A stretch of DNA of 61,616 nt, the filler included, from Stramenopiles sp. TOSAG23-3 (taxonomy: Eukaryota), in the NCBI GenBank assembly GCA_900128585.1. It is 6 parts of 6 records of this genome, joined end to end, with 100 filler letters (N's around TTAATTAATTAA, not from the genome) between each part and the next. Parts side by side here need not be neighbours in the genome. Positions count along the whole stretch, not along the records: positions 1 to 18,522 come from LT642425.1; positions 18,623 to 37,121 come from LT642426.1; 4 more parts are not named here. One strand, written 5' to 3'. The translations under genes and the position numbers were made by a program. Shown here piece after piece: positions 10,240 through 19,849 of the stretch; within the stretch, counting starts at the first letter, position 1, and each line of letters starts with the position of its first letter. The notes under the pieces are model-generated. The model saw only the letters and a list, made by a program, of their open reading frames with translations. It did no database searches and was not told the origin of the DNA.

Positions 10240-10460
10240 CTCACTGATTTGGATCATGCGTGGAGTATAAAAAAACAAAATATATAGTATGTTTTAAGAC
10301 TCTCATTTTAAATCCGTGGAGTATATATATGGCAAATGATTGATCTTACAATTGAGATAATCTTGAGAGTCTTAAAACATACTATATAATCAGTTTTTTA
10401 TATGGCAAATGATAGATGATATGATAGTCAAGTCTAAGTGACAAGGATATATTGATTACT
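10240..10460 (+). mobile_element. Second copia RNase H remnant, interrupted by short insertions
   Basis: LTDLDHAWS; TGATAGTCAAGTCTAAGTGACAAGGATATATTGATTA nearly identical to 2817-2853. Confidence 0.55.
10281..10388. repeat. 25-bp perfect inverted repeat formed by two oppositely oriented short insertions
   Basis: TATATAGTATGTTTTAAGACTCTCA at 10281-10305; reverse complement at 10364-10388. Confidence 0.9.
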
Positions 10461-10672
10461 ATAATCACACCAGTAGAGTTCAGTTCGCAGTACGTTAATT
10501 ACTTAAATAACAGCCATAATTTTGTTTTTAAATAATATACACGCCGTTAATACCAAGATTTAGTCTTTTTTTTTTAAATGCGAGTTTTTTTATTGTCATA
10601 AACACCGCACCTCTTCAGTCTCTGCAGTTTGGCAACGTGGTTCCAACGGAGGGGGGGAACTTCAAGTTTACT

Positions 10673-11965
10673 TTAATTCCGAGCAGCTGGGGAGCGCGAC
10701 CGGCTCCTTCCTCGCCTTTCTCCAGAGTAACCCGTGTCGTAGCCACCGTTGTCCCCCCCGGCCTGCTGGACTTGGTTTCCTCCGGCATAATAGCCGTTGT
10801 CACGGCTTTGGTCCTGCCTGCTGGCTTCACCCCTGTACCCGGAATCGTCCCCGCCGCGTGAGTTGTACCCACCACGGCCGCCACGGTCATCGTAGCTGCC
10901 GCCGCCGCCACGGCGATCGTTGTAGCCGCCGCCGCCGCCACGGCGATCGTTGTAGCCGCCGCCGCCCCCGCCACGGCGATCGTTGTAGCCGCCGCCGCCC
11001 CCGCCACGGCGGTCATCGTAGCCACTACCACGGCGGTCGTCGTACCCCCCCCTATATCCGCGATCTCTGTCGTACCCACCACGCCTGTCGTCGAAGCGTC
11101 TGCCGTAACCACGGTCGTTCCCGCCACGGTAACCACCGCCGCCGCCGCCACGGTAACCGCCACCGCCGCCTCGGTAGCCGTTGTCTTGGTAATTGTTGCC
11201 AAAACCACCTCGATAATTCGAAGTATTGCCACTACGCCTAGCTTTGTGTGGCCGTACTTCGACTTCTTTGCCCTGAAACGTTTTGGGACCGGCCAGCGCC
11301 TTCGCTGCGGCCTCGTCCCCGTCAAAATCGATAAAGCAGGCGACGGTATCGTAGTCGTTCCGTTTGCTCAACACCTTCACCCCGACGATCGTCCCAAAGA
11401 CTCCGAACTCGGACCTGATCTCGTCCTCCGTGACGTTTTCCGGCAACATTCGCACCATGACGTGGGACGTTGGCGCTTTGTCGTCATCGCGGTTGCGGCG
11501 GGGCTTGGACTCTTCCACTTTCAGCCCGTTCCCCCTGAACCCCCACTCCGTCGTTCCGTGCAAGTCAGCAATGAGGCCCTCTGCGTCGCTCTTTTGGGGG
11601 TAGTGCACAAAGCAGTAGCCAATCTTCCAGACAAACTCCGACACCTCGCCGAACGACCTGCACTTCTCCTCTACGGCTTCGCGTCCGACGCTACGGTCAA
11701 GATTTCCTATGTATATTTTGGTCGTTGCCGGGGCAGCGGAGGCAGCCTCCTGCGGGGCAGCAGCGGCGTCGACGGCGCCTTCCTCCTGCGGGGCGGCGGC
11801 CTCTTGGGCTTCTGCCATGGACTCTTCGACCACGCCTGCCTCTTCGGGGGCCGCGGCAGCGTTCTCCGCAGGCGCGCCTTCCTCTGCCGGATTGGTTTCG
11901 GCTTTCTCCTGCACAATAGGTTCCTCTGCAGCAGGGGTACTTTTGACTTCTTCGGCTGTTGACAT
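10673..11965 (-). CDS. RNA-binding protein with two RRMs and an RGG/SR-like tail
   Basis: KIYIGNL (RNP2), GYCFVHY (RNP1), second RRM with ACFIDF, YNDRRGGGGG repeats, terminal RSRSRSP; first ATG at 11965. Confidence 0.9.
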   Translation of the reverse strand: MSTAEEVKSTPAAEEPIVQEKAETNPAEEGAPAENAAAAPEEAGVVEESMAEAQEAAAPQEEGAVDAAAAPQEAASAAPATTKIYIGNLDRSVGREAVEEKCRSFGEVSEFVWKIGYCFVHYPQKSDAEGLIADLHGTTEWGFRGNGLKVEESKPRRNRDDDKAPTSHVMVRMLPENVTEDEIRSEFGVFGTIVGVKVLSKRNDYDTVACFIDFDGDEAAAKALAGPKTFQGKEVEVRPHKARRSGNTSNYRGGFGNNYQDNGYRGGGGGYRGGGGGGYRGGNDRGYGRRFDDRRGGYDRDRGYRGGYDDRRGSGYDDRRGGGGGGYNDRRGGGGGGYNDRRGGGGGYNDRRGGGGSYDDRGGRGGYNSRGGDDSGYRGEASRQDQSRDNGYYAGGNQVQQAGGDNGGYDTGYSGERRGRSRSRSPAARN

Positions 11966-12520
11966 GTTGCGTTCGTCCAGGTAGTGGTGATCAAGCAAAG
12001 AAGGTTATTAATAAATCTATGAAAGAAGATGGAATGAGAGACTTTTCTCAGTTAGTTCTTTTTTAATTCCTATTTAAAATGTTCAAGAATTAAATACTAT
12101 ACGAATTAATTAACGACAGTCATTCAATGCTTTTAGATTTCTACACAGCCAAATGAAACGAGGAGGATTAGAAGAAAACATACAAGAAGCTGTACACTGT
12201 GACAAATTAAACAAACACAGTGAGTAATATATTACGTATAAAATATATAAAAAAAATATTTTTTTTACTTCTTCTTCTTACGTATAATAATAACTAATAA
12301 TAAAATACAACAAACAATAAAATTTTATTATTTTCCTTCTTCTTCTTTCCTTCTTCTATCAACAAATAATTCATCTTCGCTCTTCTTCTACTTCTTCTTG
12401 CCTTCTTTCGTCGGTGGGTGGTTAGGGTTAGTTGGGGATCTATTTTTATTTATTTTATATAGATAGAGGTGTTCATCTCTAATTATAGCTGTAGTACCTT
12501 ACCTATTATACGTTTAATAC

Positions 12521-12722
12521 CTTTCTTTCTTCTTTTTTTCCTTCCTTTTCCTTCCTTCCTTCCTTCCTTCCTTTTCCTTCCTTCCTTCCTTCCTTCCTTC
12601 CTTCCTTTCTTCCTTCCTTCCTTCCTTCCTTCCTTCCTTCCTTCCTTCCTTCCTTTCTTCCTTTCTTCCTTTCTTCCTTTCTTCCTTTCTTCCTTTCTTC
12701 CTTTCTTCCTTTCTTTCTTCCC
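12521..12722. repeat. (TTCC)n/(TTTC)n microsatellite
   Basis: Direct inspection. Confidence 0.95.
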
Positions 12723-13970
12723 TCGTGCATTCCACCGTACATCTATTTATTACCGTAGACGACTACAACGAGGAGTAAATGAAGGAATGATGATGAGCAT
12801 TTTAATTTTTTTTAAATTTAAACTTAATTCATTCTTTTACTATGATACAACTACGTATTACTAAATATAATACACAAGCGAGTGTACATTATAAAGGACG
12901 ACATACCGGTATTATATTATACAATACGAGGAGACGACGAAGAAGCCACCCCATCCCCAACCGAGAAAAACTAACTAAACTCGAAGCAAACAGAGAACCA
13001 ACAGAACAATTCTTTCGAACAAAAACAGTCGCCTTCTTCCTTCTTGTTTGTAGTTTGCAAGTACGAGGTTTGAAGTGAGTTAGATTGTTCATTTTTTATT
13101 TGCTTAGCTCACAGTGTACATTATACAGAACTTTAAATAATTAATTAAAATAAAGAGAGAGGTCAGTGTTATTTCCTATTACTACTCGTATTATATAGCT
13201 GTACTTATATAAGTATGATGATAGTCCGCCCGTCATTTGAAATAATAGTGTTTTTATATAATTACCCTATAATAGTACATTAATACACTAACTATCTTCT
13301 TCCAATTTACACGTACCATAATGGTTAAAATTCGTTTCGAAGTTTCGTAGTTTGACTGTTAAATAATCCTATTTACAATTCGTATTATTATACAACAATA
13401 AAACCATAGACCATGCTTCACATGGAGTGAATAGGGAAATAGTATTAAAATACCATTACCTTCCTTCTATGTTTATGTATACAATTCAATACTGTGTATA
13501 TGTATTGTTTTCATTTTCTATATTACATATAAATAGCATTCAACCATGCCTGAGAACCAGTCAATGGGACCATCTCCCTCCATTCATTTTATATTGTGTT
13601 ATGGTTAGGGTTTATAAATAATACAGTGAAATAGCATCAACGAAGGAAACACGAAAAAGAATTAAAAACAACCAACAAGTAATCATCTTTGTAAATAAAT
13701 GTATGTTTAAAGGAATAGAATAAGCACAGCAAGGACAAAAAGAGAGGAATGGAAGTAGAAGAAGAAAAAAAACTTTAAAAACATTCGATTGCAATTTAGA
13801 ATTTTTAGTTATATGTGGATATGCGCAGACGTCAATCGAGTTGTTGGTGGATGTTGCGGTGACACATGAAAAGAAACTCTCACAACCGTCGAAAGAGTTG
13901 AAAGAAGAAACGTAAACCAAAATACATTTACACGTATATTTTTTAATTAGTTACACGAATTTTGAACAAG

Positions 13971-14344
13971 ATGGTAAGTACTCTTTACATGGATGGATGG
14001 ATAGACCGCTCATTCCTTTTGAACTGGTGAGAGCCGAAAGCTTTTACGCGTTCCAATGGACCGTTGTCTTCCTTCCCACTCTTCCCCTGACGTAGTCCAG
14101 AAGCACTAACACCTTTTCCTCCCTTCAATTACAACAGCCAAAGCTTATTACCGATATCCGCGACTTTTTGCAAAAGGCACGCAGAAAGGATGCCCGCTCC
14201 GTTAAAATCGCCAAGAGAAAGGACAAGACCAAGTTCAAGATCCGCTGCTCCCGTTACTTGTACACGTTAGTTGTCGAAGACGCAGAAAAGGCGGAAAAGT
14301 TGACCCAATCTTTGCCACCTGGACTTAACAGAATGGACATTTAA
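13971..14344 (+). CDS. RPL38: 60S ribosomal protein L38 (eL38); exons 13971-13973 and 14138-14344
   Basis: Spliced translation [69 protein letters not shown]; not in the ORF track. Confidence 0.97.
13974..14137 (+). other. Spliceosomal intron (164 nt) directly after the ATG
   Basis: GTAAGT donor, CACTAAC branch point at 14104-14110, pyrimidine tract, CAG acceptor; splicing restores the eL38 frame. Confidence 0.93.
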
Positions 14345-15316
14345 GTGGTAGATATACATATGTATTTATTATTTGGGTTTGGAATCGTCGTGCATTTGTT
14401 GGATCGCTCGAGGTGTGTTGTCTCTTACTGCCAACATTGGTTTGCTCCTAAAGGTGGTGTGCCACGACTCGTGCTTTCGCAATGGAGCGGACGCCATCGT
14501 CCCGGAGATTCTTCCCGGGGTAGGCCGACAGCGAACACTCAGCGAACGAGCGAGGTGGTACGATTGCTGTTGGATCTGGTAGAGACACTGAACTGATTGT
14601 TTGTTCGATGCTCGCACAAATATTCTAATGCTTATATGAATTATAAATAGTCCTTTTTGTTTTAAAAACCCGTGTGCGTTCGTTTATTAGAATATATGCT
14701 TACGCTAATTTTATCTTGGCAAAAATTAAATCATACTTTCGAAAGAGGGCGGAAGGATCGGTATTTTCATAGGATTACTATTCTTATTACTATACAATTA
14801 TTTTATACTATTTGCTTCATAAAGATACATAAATACTTAATTTTGAATATAAGCAAACTCACTGATTTATCCCCTTCTCTTCCTTCTTCTTATTTTTGTT
14901 GAAGTTTCAGAACATTCATTTCATTTTTTATAACAAGGATAATAACTTGTTAAAAAGAGAGTAACTGTCACCTCGATGATGAAAATAGTAGGATGTAGGA
15001 TAATAAAATAATAATACCAAGTAATAATACACACAGTGTAAAATATTATAGAAGAATAAATCTTCGTTCTAATGTTTTCTTTTTTTCATAGAAGTAGTAA
15101 ACAATTCTTGTAACTCAGTTTAGAAAGACAACAATGTAGGTTTAAATATGGATAGGTGTGTTTGCTTAATGTTTCTATCAATTATTCCATGTATTATTTT
15201 TAGACCGACTGCACGTTCCAACTTGAAACTGTTCCTTCCATTTAGATAGAAAGCGAGAGAGAGAGAGAGTTTGTGTGTGTGTGTGTGACTAACTGACTGA
15301 GTGAAAGTTCCGCCGT

Positions 15317-15988
15317 ATGAGTTACCCAGAAGGGAGTCGGGGCGCGGGCTCCGTCTCGGCCACCGTCTCGGCCACGGTCGACATGTGCATATTTTGCTTC
15401 GATACCATCTTAGACTATTATGGGGAAATTCCTGTGGGGCGAATGTTGGAACCCCCTCGATCGGTTTTAGACAATGACCACCAATGCCCTCTTTTCGTTA
15501 CCTGGGACATCCAAACGAGGCGTGGGTACGATCTCCGCGGCTGCATAGGGTGTTTGAGCCCGATACCGCTGCTGAGAGTCGGGGAATATGCCATCACCAG
15601 CTCCATGAAAGACCGACGCTTTCAGCCTATCGCCCTGGCCGAAATCCCCTGCTTGCGATGCTGCGTGTCGCTGCTGACGGCGTACGAACAGGGCGGTGGG
15701 TGGGACGACTGGGAAGTGGGAAAGCACGGAATCATCATTGATTTCTTCGGGGAGGGAGGGGGGAATTCTGTCAAATTCAATGCCACGTACTTGCCGCACG
15801 TCGCGCCGGAACAGAGATGGGACCAGAGGCAGGCCGTGAAATCTTTGGTTAAAAAATCAGGCTACCGAGGAGTCGTGACGGACAGTCTGTTGTCAAGGAT
15901 ACAGCTGACACGGTACCAATCCTCAAAAGCCTATTGTACATACGAACAGTATTTGGAGTTTACACAAAGGTCGGCAGCGGGGCAGTGA
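15317..15988 (+). CDS. AMMECR1: AMMECR1 family protein
   Basis: PLFVTW, LRGCIG, DRRFQPI, DWEVGKHGI, ATYLPHVA, LTRYQSSK. Confidence 0.95.
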   Translation: MSYPEGSRGAGSVSATVSATVDMCIFCFDTILDYYGEIPVGRMLEPPRSVLDNDHQCPLFVTWDIQTRRGYDLRGCIGCLSPIPLLRVGEYAITSSMKDRRFQPIALAEIPCLRCCVSLLTAYEQGGGWDDWEVGKHGIIIDFFGEGGGNSVKFNATYLPHVAPEQRWDQRQAVKSLVKKSGYRGVVTDSLLSRIQLTRYQSSKAYCTYEQYLEFTQRSAAGQ

Positions 15989-16304
15989 AGGGAACGGCCC
16001 AAGAGGGGTTAGTGAGGAGAGTCAGAGAGAGACTTTCGTTTTGTGCGTTACTTAAAAGAATCTACGAGTAGAGGTAGTGTGTGATGAATACGTTTTACCA
16101 AATTAAACTTATATGATACGAACGTGCAAGCGAGGCCCTCTCTCGCTAAAAAAAAAATCGGGTGTGCCCCAGACTGAGACACCTTTTTCAAAATGGGCCT
16201 TTTAACGAGCGCGGTGCGGAATGTCGATCGATAATACGGTCCGGGACTCCCCCACAGTATATTGAGCACGTAAGTATATGTAGGTACGGACCTTTGCGCC
16301 GTCA

Positions 16305-17765
16305 CTATTTCTCCTCCACAAGAAACGCTCTGCGGGGGCCCCCGTTCTCCTGCACTGCACTGTGCCCTGAACCAACCAAATCGTTCACTACTGCTTCCAC
16401 TAGACGAGCGCTTGCTTCGATCTCCTCTTGGGATGCCCCCCCCTGAAGGGCCGCCGCCGACGCCTTAGGGCTGTCGCCTCCTTGGTCGTTCGCGCCCTCC
16501 TCCTCCCCGCCATCCTCGTATTGCAACGTCGGGCTACGTTTCCTCCGCTTCTCGCTCCCTGGGCTGGAATTTCCGTCTTGAAGTTGAATCTTTTTTTGCA
16601 GGTGAATCTGTTTGAAGTTCAGCTGCAGTTCGTCCATGGAGGGAGTCCTTGCGTTGAAAAATGGGTGGTGCAAGGCGTCTTTGGCTTTTATTCTACGCCT
16701 GGGGTCCACCGTCAGCATCCGGCGCACCAAATGCTTCGCGTTCTCAGAAATCTCGTCCCAGTAAGGCGACGGAAAGTCAAAGTGGCCGCTGCGTATGCGC
16801 TCTTTCAGTGACGTTACGGTTTCTAAATTGCCACTGGAATCTTCAAAAAATGGTGGAAACCCACACAACAGAATGTACAAAACGACCCCCATGCTCCACA
16901 TGTCAACCGCGCTATCGTACCCTTTCCCCAGCAGCACCTCGGGAGCAACGAAGTAATCCGTGAACACGGCAGAGAACGCCCGCCGGCGCTTCGTCCCATC
17001 TCCGCTTTCGCTGCGCAGCTGCTCCGTTCGGCTATGGCGCCTCGGCTTCTGGTGAACGTGGGCCGTGAGAACCTCCTTTGCGCTGGCGCCCGACGGTGGT
17101 GGTGGGACCATGGGCAGGCTTCCCGTGAACGAGGTGCTGCCAACGGCATCCGTCGTGCTCAAGCGTGAAAACTCTTCCGAGGTGCGCAAATAATCCTTCT
17201 CGGCCTTGTCCATCAAATACCGGGAGCTCCCAAAGTCCGACACTTTTGCTCTAATTTTCGAGAGGTCCGTGCTGAAGGGAATCTCCATCAAAATGTTTTC
17301 AGGTTTTATGTCCCGGTGAATGACCCCTTTGCTGTGCATGTGCTTGATCGCTTCCAGCACCTGCCGGGACGCGACTTTCACCTCGGCTTCGATGAATTTG
17401 TCCTTTTCGACCATCACGTCGTACAGCTCACCGCCCCGCATGTACTCCATTACTATAAAAATTTCGTTCGGCGACTCAAACACGTCGTATAACTTCACGA
17501 TCGATGGGTGCGAAAGGTTCAGCTGTATCGAAACCTCGAGTTCCAGCCTGCTCTTGTCTTCTATGTAGCGCTTGTCGATGATCTTCATGGCACGCAGCGT
17601 GTCGCTTTTCTTGTTCTTGACGATTCGTACGACCGAGGACCCACCGTTGCCGATTATCTTTCCGACCGAATACATCTCTTTCAGGTCGCTTACAGTTTTT
17701 GCACTCTTGATTATATTTTTAGGTGCTTCGCTCGCGCTCTTGGAGTTTATCGTTAGGGACGCCAT
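16305..17765 (-). CDS. CAMK-group Ser/Thr protein kinase with a long activation-segment insert
   Basis: GNGGSS, AMK, HRDIKPEN, DFG, APE, DMWSMGVVLYILLCGFPPF, FPSPYWDEISE. Confidence 0.95.
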   Translation of the reverse strand: MASLTINSKSASEAPKNIIKSAKTVSDLKEMYSVGKIIGNGGSSVVRIVKNKKSDTLRAMKIIDKRYIEDKSRLELEVSIQLNLSHPSIVKLYDVFESPNEIFIVMEYMRGGELYDVMVEKDKFIEAEVKVASRQVLEAIKHMHSKGVIHRDIKPENILMEIPFSTDLSKIRAKVSDFGSSRYLMDKAEKDYLRTSEEFSRLSTTDAVGSTSFTGSLPMVPPPPSGASAKEVLTAHVHQKPRRHSRTEQLRSESGDGTKRRRAFSAVFTDYFVAPEVLLGKGYDSAVDMWSMGVVLYILLCGFPPFFEDSSGNLETVTSLKERIRSGHFDFPSPYWDEISENAKHLVRRMLTVDPRRRIKAKDALHHPFFNARTPSMDELQLNFKQIHLQKKIQLQDGNSSPGSEKRRKRSPTLQYEDGGEEEGANDQGGDSPKASAAALQGGASQEEIEASARLVEAVVNDLVGSGHSAVQENGGPRRAFLVEEK

Positions 17766-18364
17766 GGCAACGCACGGGGACGGACGTTCGTTACACGGGG
17801 AAGGATCCGTTCCTCAAGTACGTATTACTGATCTACAAGCGCTTCCTTCCTGTCGTTACAACGCCAACAAAAAGAGAGAAAGTGAAGAAGAAAAAGATAT
17901 TACTTGAATCGAACGCGCAATAGAGGGACTTAAGGGCTTTTGTAAAAGACATGTACATTATTATGCTCTTCTTGGATGATGAATAAGAAAGAAATGAGTA
18001 AAGTAAACGTCCTGTACGCGTACATTTTATAGTAGTAGTCGTCGTCTTCTAGTTTTTTTTACGCAGCCCGCCAGCAACAAAAAACAAAAAACAAATGATG
18101 AATAATAATAATGAGAAGAAGAAGAAAACGACGAAGAAGAAGAAAAAAAAGAAGGAGGAGAGGAGGAGGAGGAAGAAGAGATAGATATTTTATAGAACAA
18201 AGAGAACCACCATCCTCCACAACAAAGAGGAAGAAAGAAGAAGAAATAAAAAAAGAAGACGATGATGAATAATCCTCGTATTATTATTATTTTTAAAATT
18301 AAGGATTGGATCGATCATGATATGATGATGTATTATATTATAAATACATTTATATTAGACACTA

Positions 18365-18401
18365 CGAAGAAGAAGAAGAAGAAAGAAGAAAGAAGAACAA
18401 C

Positions 18402-18434
<33 letters not shown>

Positions 18435-18522
18435 AAGAAGAAAAAGAAGAAAGAAGAAAGAAGAAGAAGAAGAAGAAGAAGAAGAAGAAGAAGAAGAAGA
18501 AGAAGAAAGAAGAAGAAGAAGA
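18365..18522. repeat. (GAA)n microsatellite at contig end
   Basis: Direct inspection. Confidence 0.95.
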
Positions 18523-18622
18523 NNNNNNNNNNNNNNNNNNNNNNNNNNNNNNNNNNNNNNNNNNNNTTAATTAATTAANNNNNNNNNNNNNNNNNNNNNN
18601 NNNNNNNNNNNNNNNNNNNNNN
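18523..18622. other. Artificial contig linker N44-TTAATTAATTAA-N44
   Basis: Identical 100-nt block occurs five times; the 12-mer places stops in all six frames. Confidence 0.98.
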
Positions 18623-19405
18623 GGAAAAGGCGGCAAGAAAGGAAAGGGTGGCAAGAAGGGAAAGGAAAAACACAAGGAAGAGGTGCACCATGATGAAGGA
18701 GAAATAGTATACCTCCCAGAGGTCATAGAGACTCGGGAAACAAAAGAATTTAGTGGGGGGACAGCGTTCCGGTCGTTTACCCTTAAGGATAGTGACATGA
18801 ATACAGTTGCAAAACGGTTTGGGTCTCAGTTAGTGACCAGATTCATCGACCCGCTGGCGGAAGCAAAAGAAAACGAGTTGGAGCAAGCGCGAGAGAAGGT
18901 AATTTATGAGAAAGCGATTGCAAACGGTGTGCCTGTTGATGGGGAAGGGAAATTACTATTAGAGGTAGACGAAAATGGAGTGCCGTTAGGGCCTGACCAC
19001 GATGACGACGAAGACGAAGACGAAGAGGGGGGCCACCATGAAGGAACGGGGAATGGGGAGCATGCCGACGAAGAAGACAGCGAAACAGTAGACGTTGAGG
19101 CTGTAGAAAAAGACGCTTTCAAAGGCCTGATAAAGGGTAAGTCAATAATTACGGTCGATGGTGAGAAGCGCTGGTCCAAAAAGAAACAATTTAGAGCTGA
19201 AATCAAGGAGGTATTCGGTGGGAAAGATAGGGATTGCGGTGGATTTCGCTCGTTCACAATAAAGAAAGATGTGACGGGCGGTCTAAAAATGAAACGGGTG
19301 ATCTGGCTAAACGGTGAGATCGAAGACAAAAACGATGAATTCCGTAGAAGCAAACCCCGCCGTGGTACTGCTGCATCTTCTACTAAAAACGGGAAGAAGA
19401 AATAG
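18623..19405 (+). CDS. 5'-truncated hypothetical protein with an acidic tract and a duplicated GGxxFRSFTxK motif
   Basis: Frame is open from the contig start (GKGGKKGKGGKK...) to the stop ending at 19405. Confidence 0.7.
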   Translation, partial: GKGGKKGKGGKKGKEKHKEEVHHDEGEIVYLPEVIETRETKEFSGGTAFRSFTLKDSDMNTVAKRFGSQLVTRFIDPLAEAKENELEQAREKVIYEKAIANGVPVDGEGKLLLEVDENGVPLGPDHDDDEDEDEEGGHHEGTGNGEHADEEDSETVDVEAVEKDAFKGLIKGKSIITVDGEKRWSKKKQFRAEIKEVFGGKDRDCGGFRSFTIKKDVTGGLKMKRVIWLNGEIEDKNDEFRRSKPRRGTAASSTKNGKKK

Positions 19406-19849
19406 TAGCACAGAAGCACAGAAGAAGGAAAAAACTACTCGGGAAATTATGAAATAATTAGAGCATTTTCCTTAAAATGAAAAACAAATATAATAATAGT
19501 AATATAAACACACCATAGAAATATGTTTATAAACATAAACACAGCAAGAAATGAATATCATCATACTTCGTATCTTTTTTTTTTCTTCTTCTTCTTCGTT
19601 TCTTCGTGTTCGTTCACCATCCACACCACCACGGGACTTCCTTTGGCTTTTCTTTTTTTGTCAACAATTTTAACAAATCAAAAATAATAACGTACAAAAT
19701 TTCTTTTGAGAAATTAAATACAATTCCAAATCATTTTGTGCAAATAAATACACCGTTTTAATTTTGCACAGACGGTTCGACTTGACGATAAACGCACCTT
19801 CCGCGATTAGGAGTAGCAACTTCCAACAGCAGAACGCATCAGCGAGGTA

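Noticed and set aside
9712-10287. 191-aa ORF ending LTDLDHAWS
   Set aside because: Non-ATG start, overlaps another ORF and runs through AT-rich DNA into a transposon remnant; not a coherent gene
10615-11984. Several overlapping ORFs rich in A/T/V or R/H
   Set aside because: Alternate frames of the GC-rich RGG repeats in the RRM gene
12469-12864. ORFs of FLPS or GRKE repeats (similar ones at 18262 and 36884)
   Set aside because: Translations of microsatellites
13974-14137. Possible snoRNA within the RPL38 intron
   Set aside because: A CTGA is present but there is no convincing box C (RTGATGA) or H/ACA architecture
14345-14617. GC-rich stretch with short ORFs after RPL38
   Set aside because: No recognisable protein or RNA motif; most simply 3' UTR
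18567-18578. TTAATTAATTAA palindrome repeated five times
   Set aside because: Synthetic six-frame stop linker embedded in N runs
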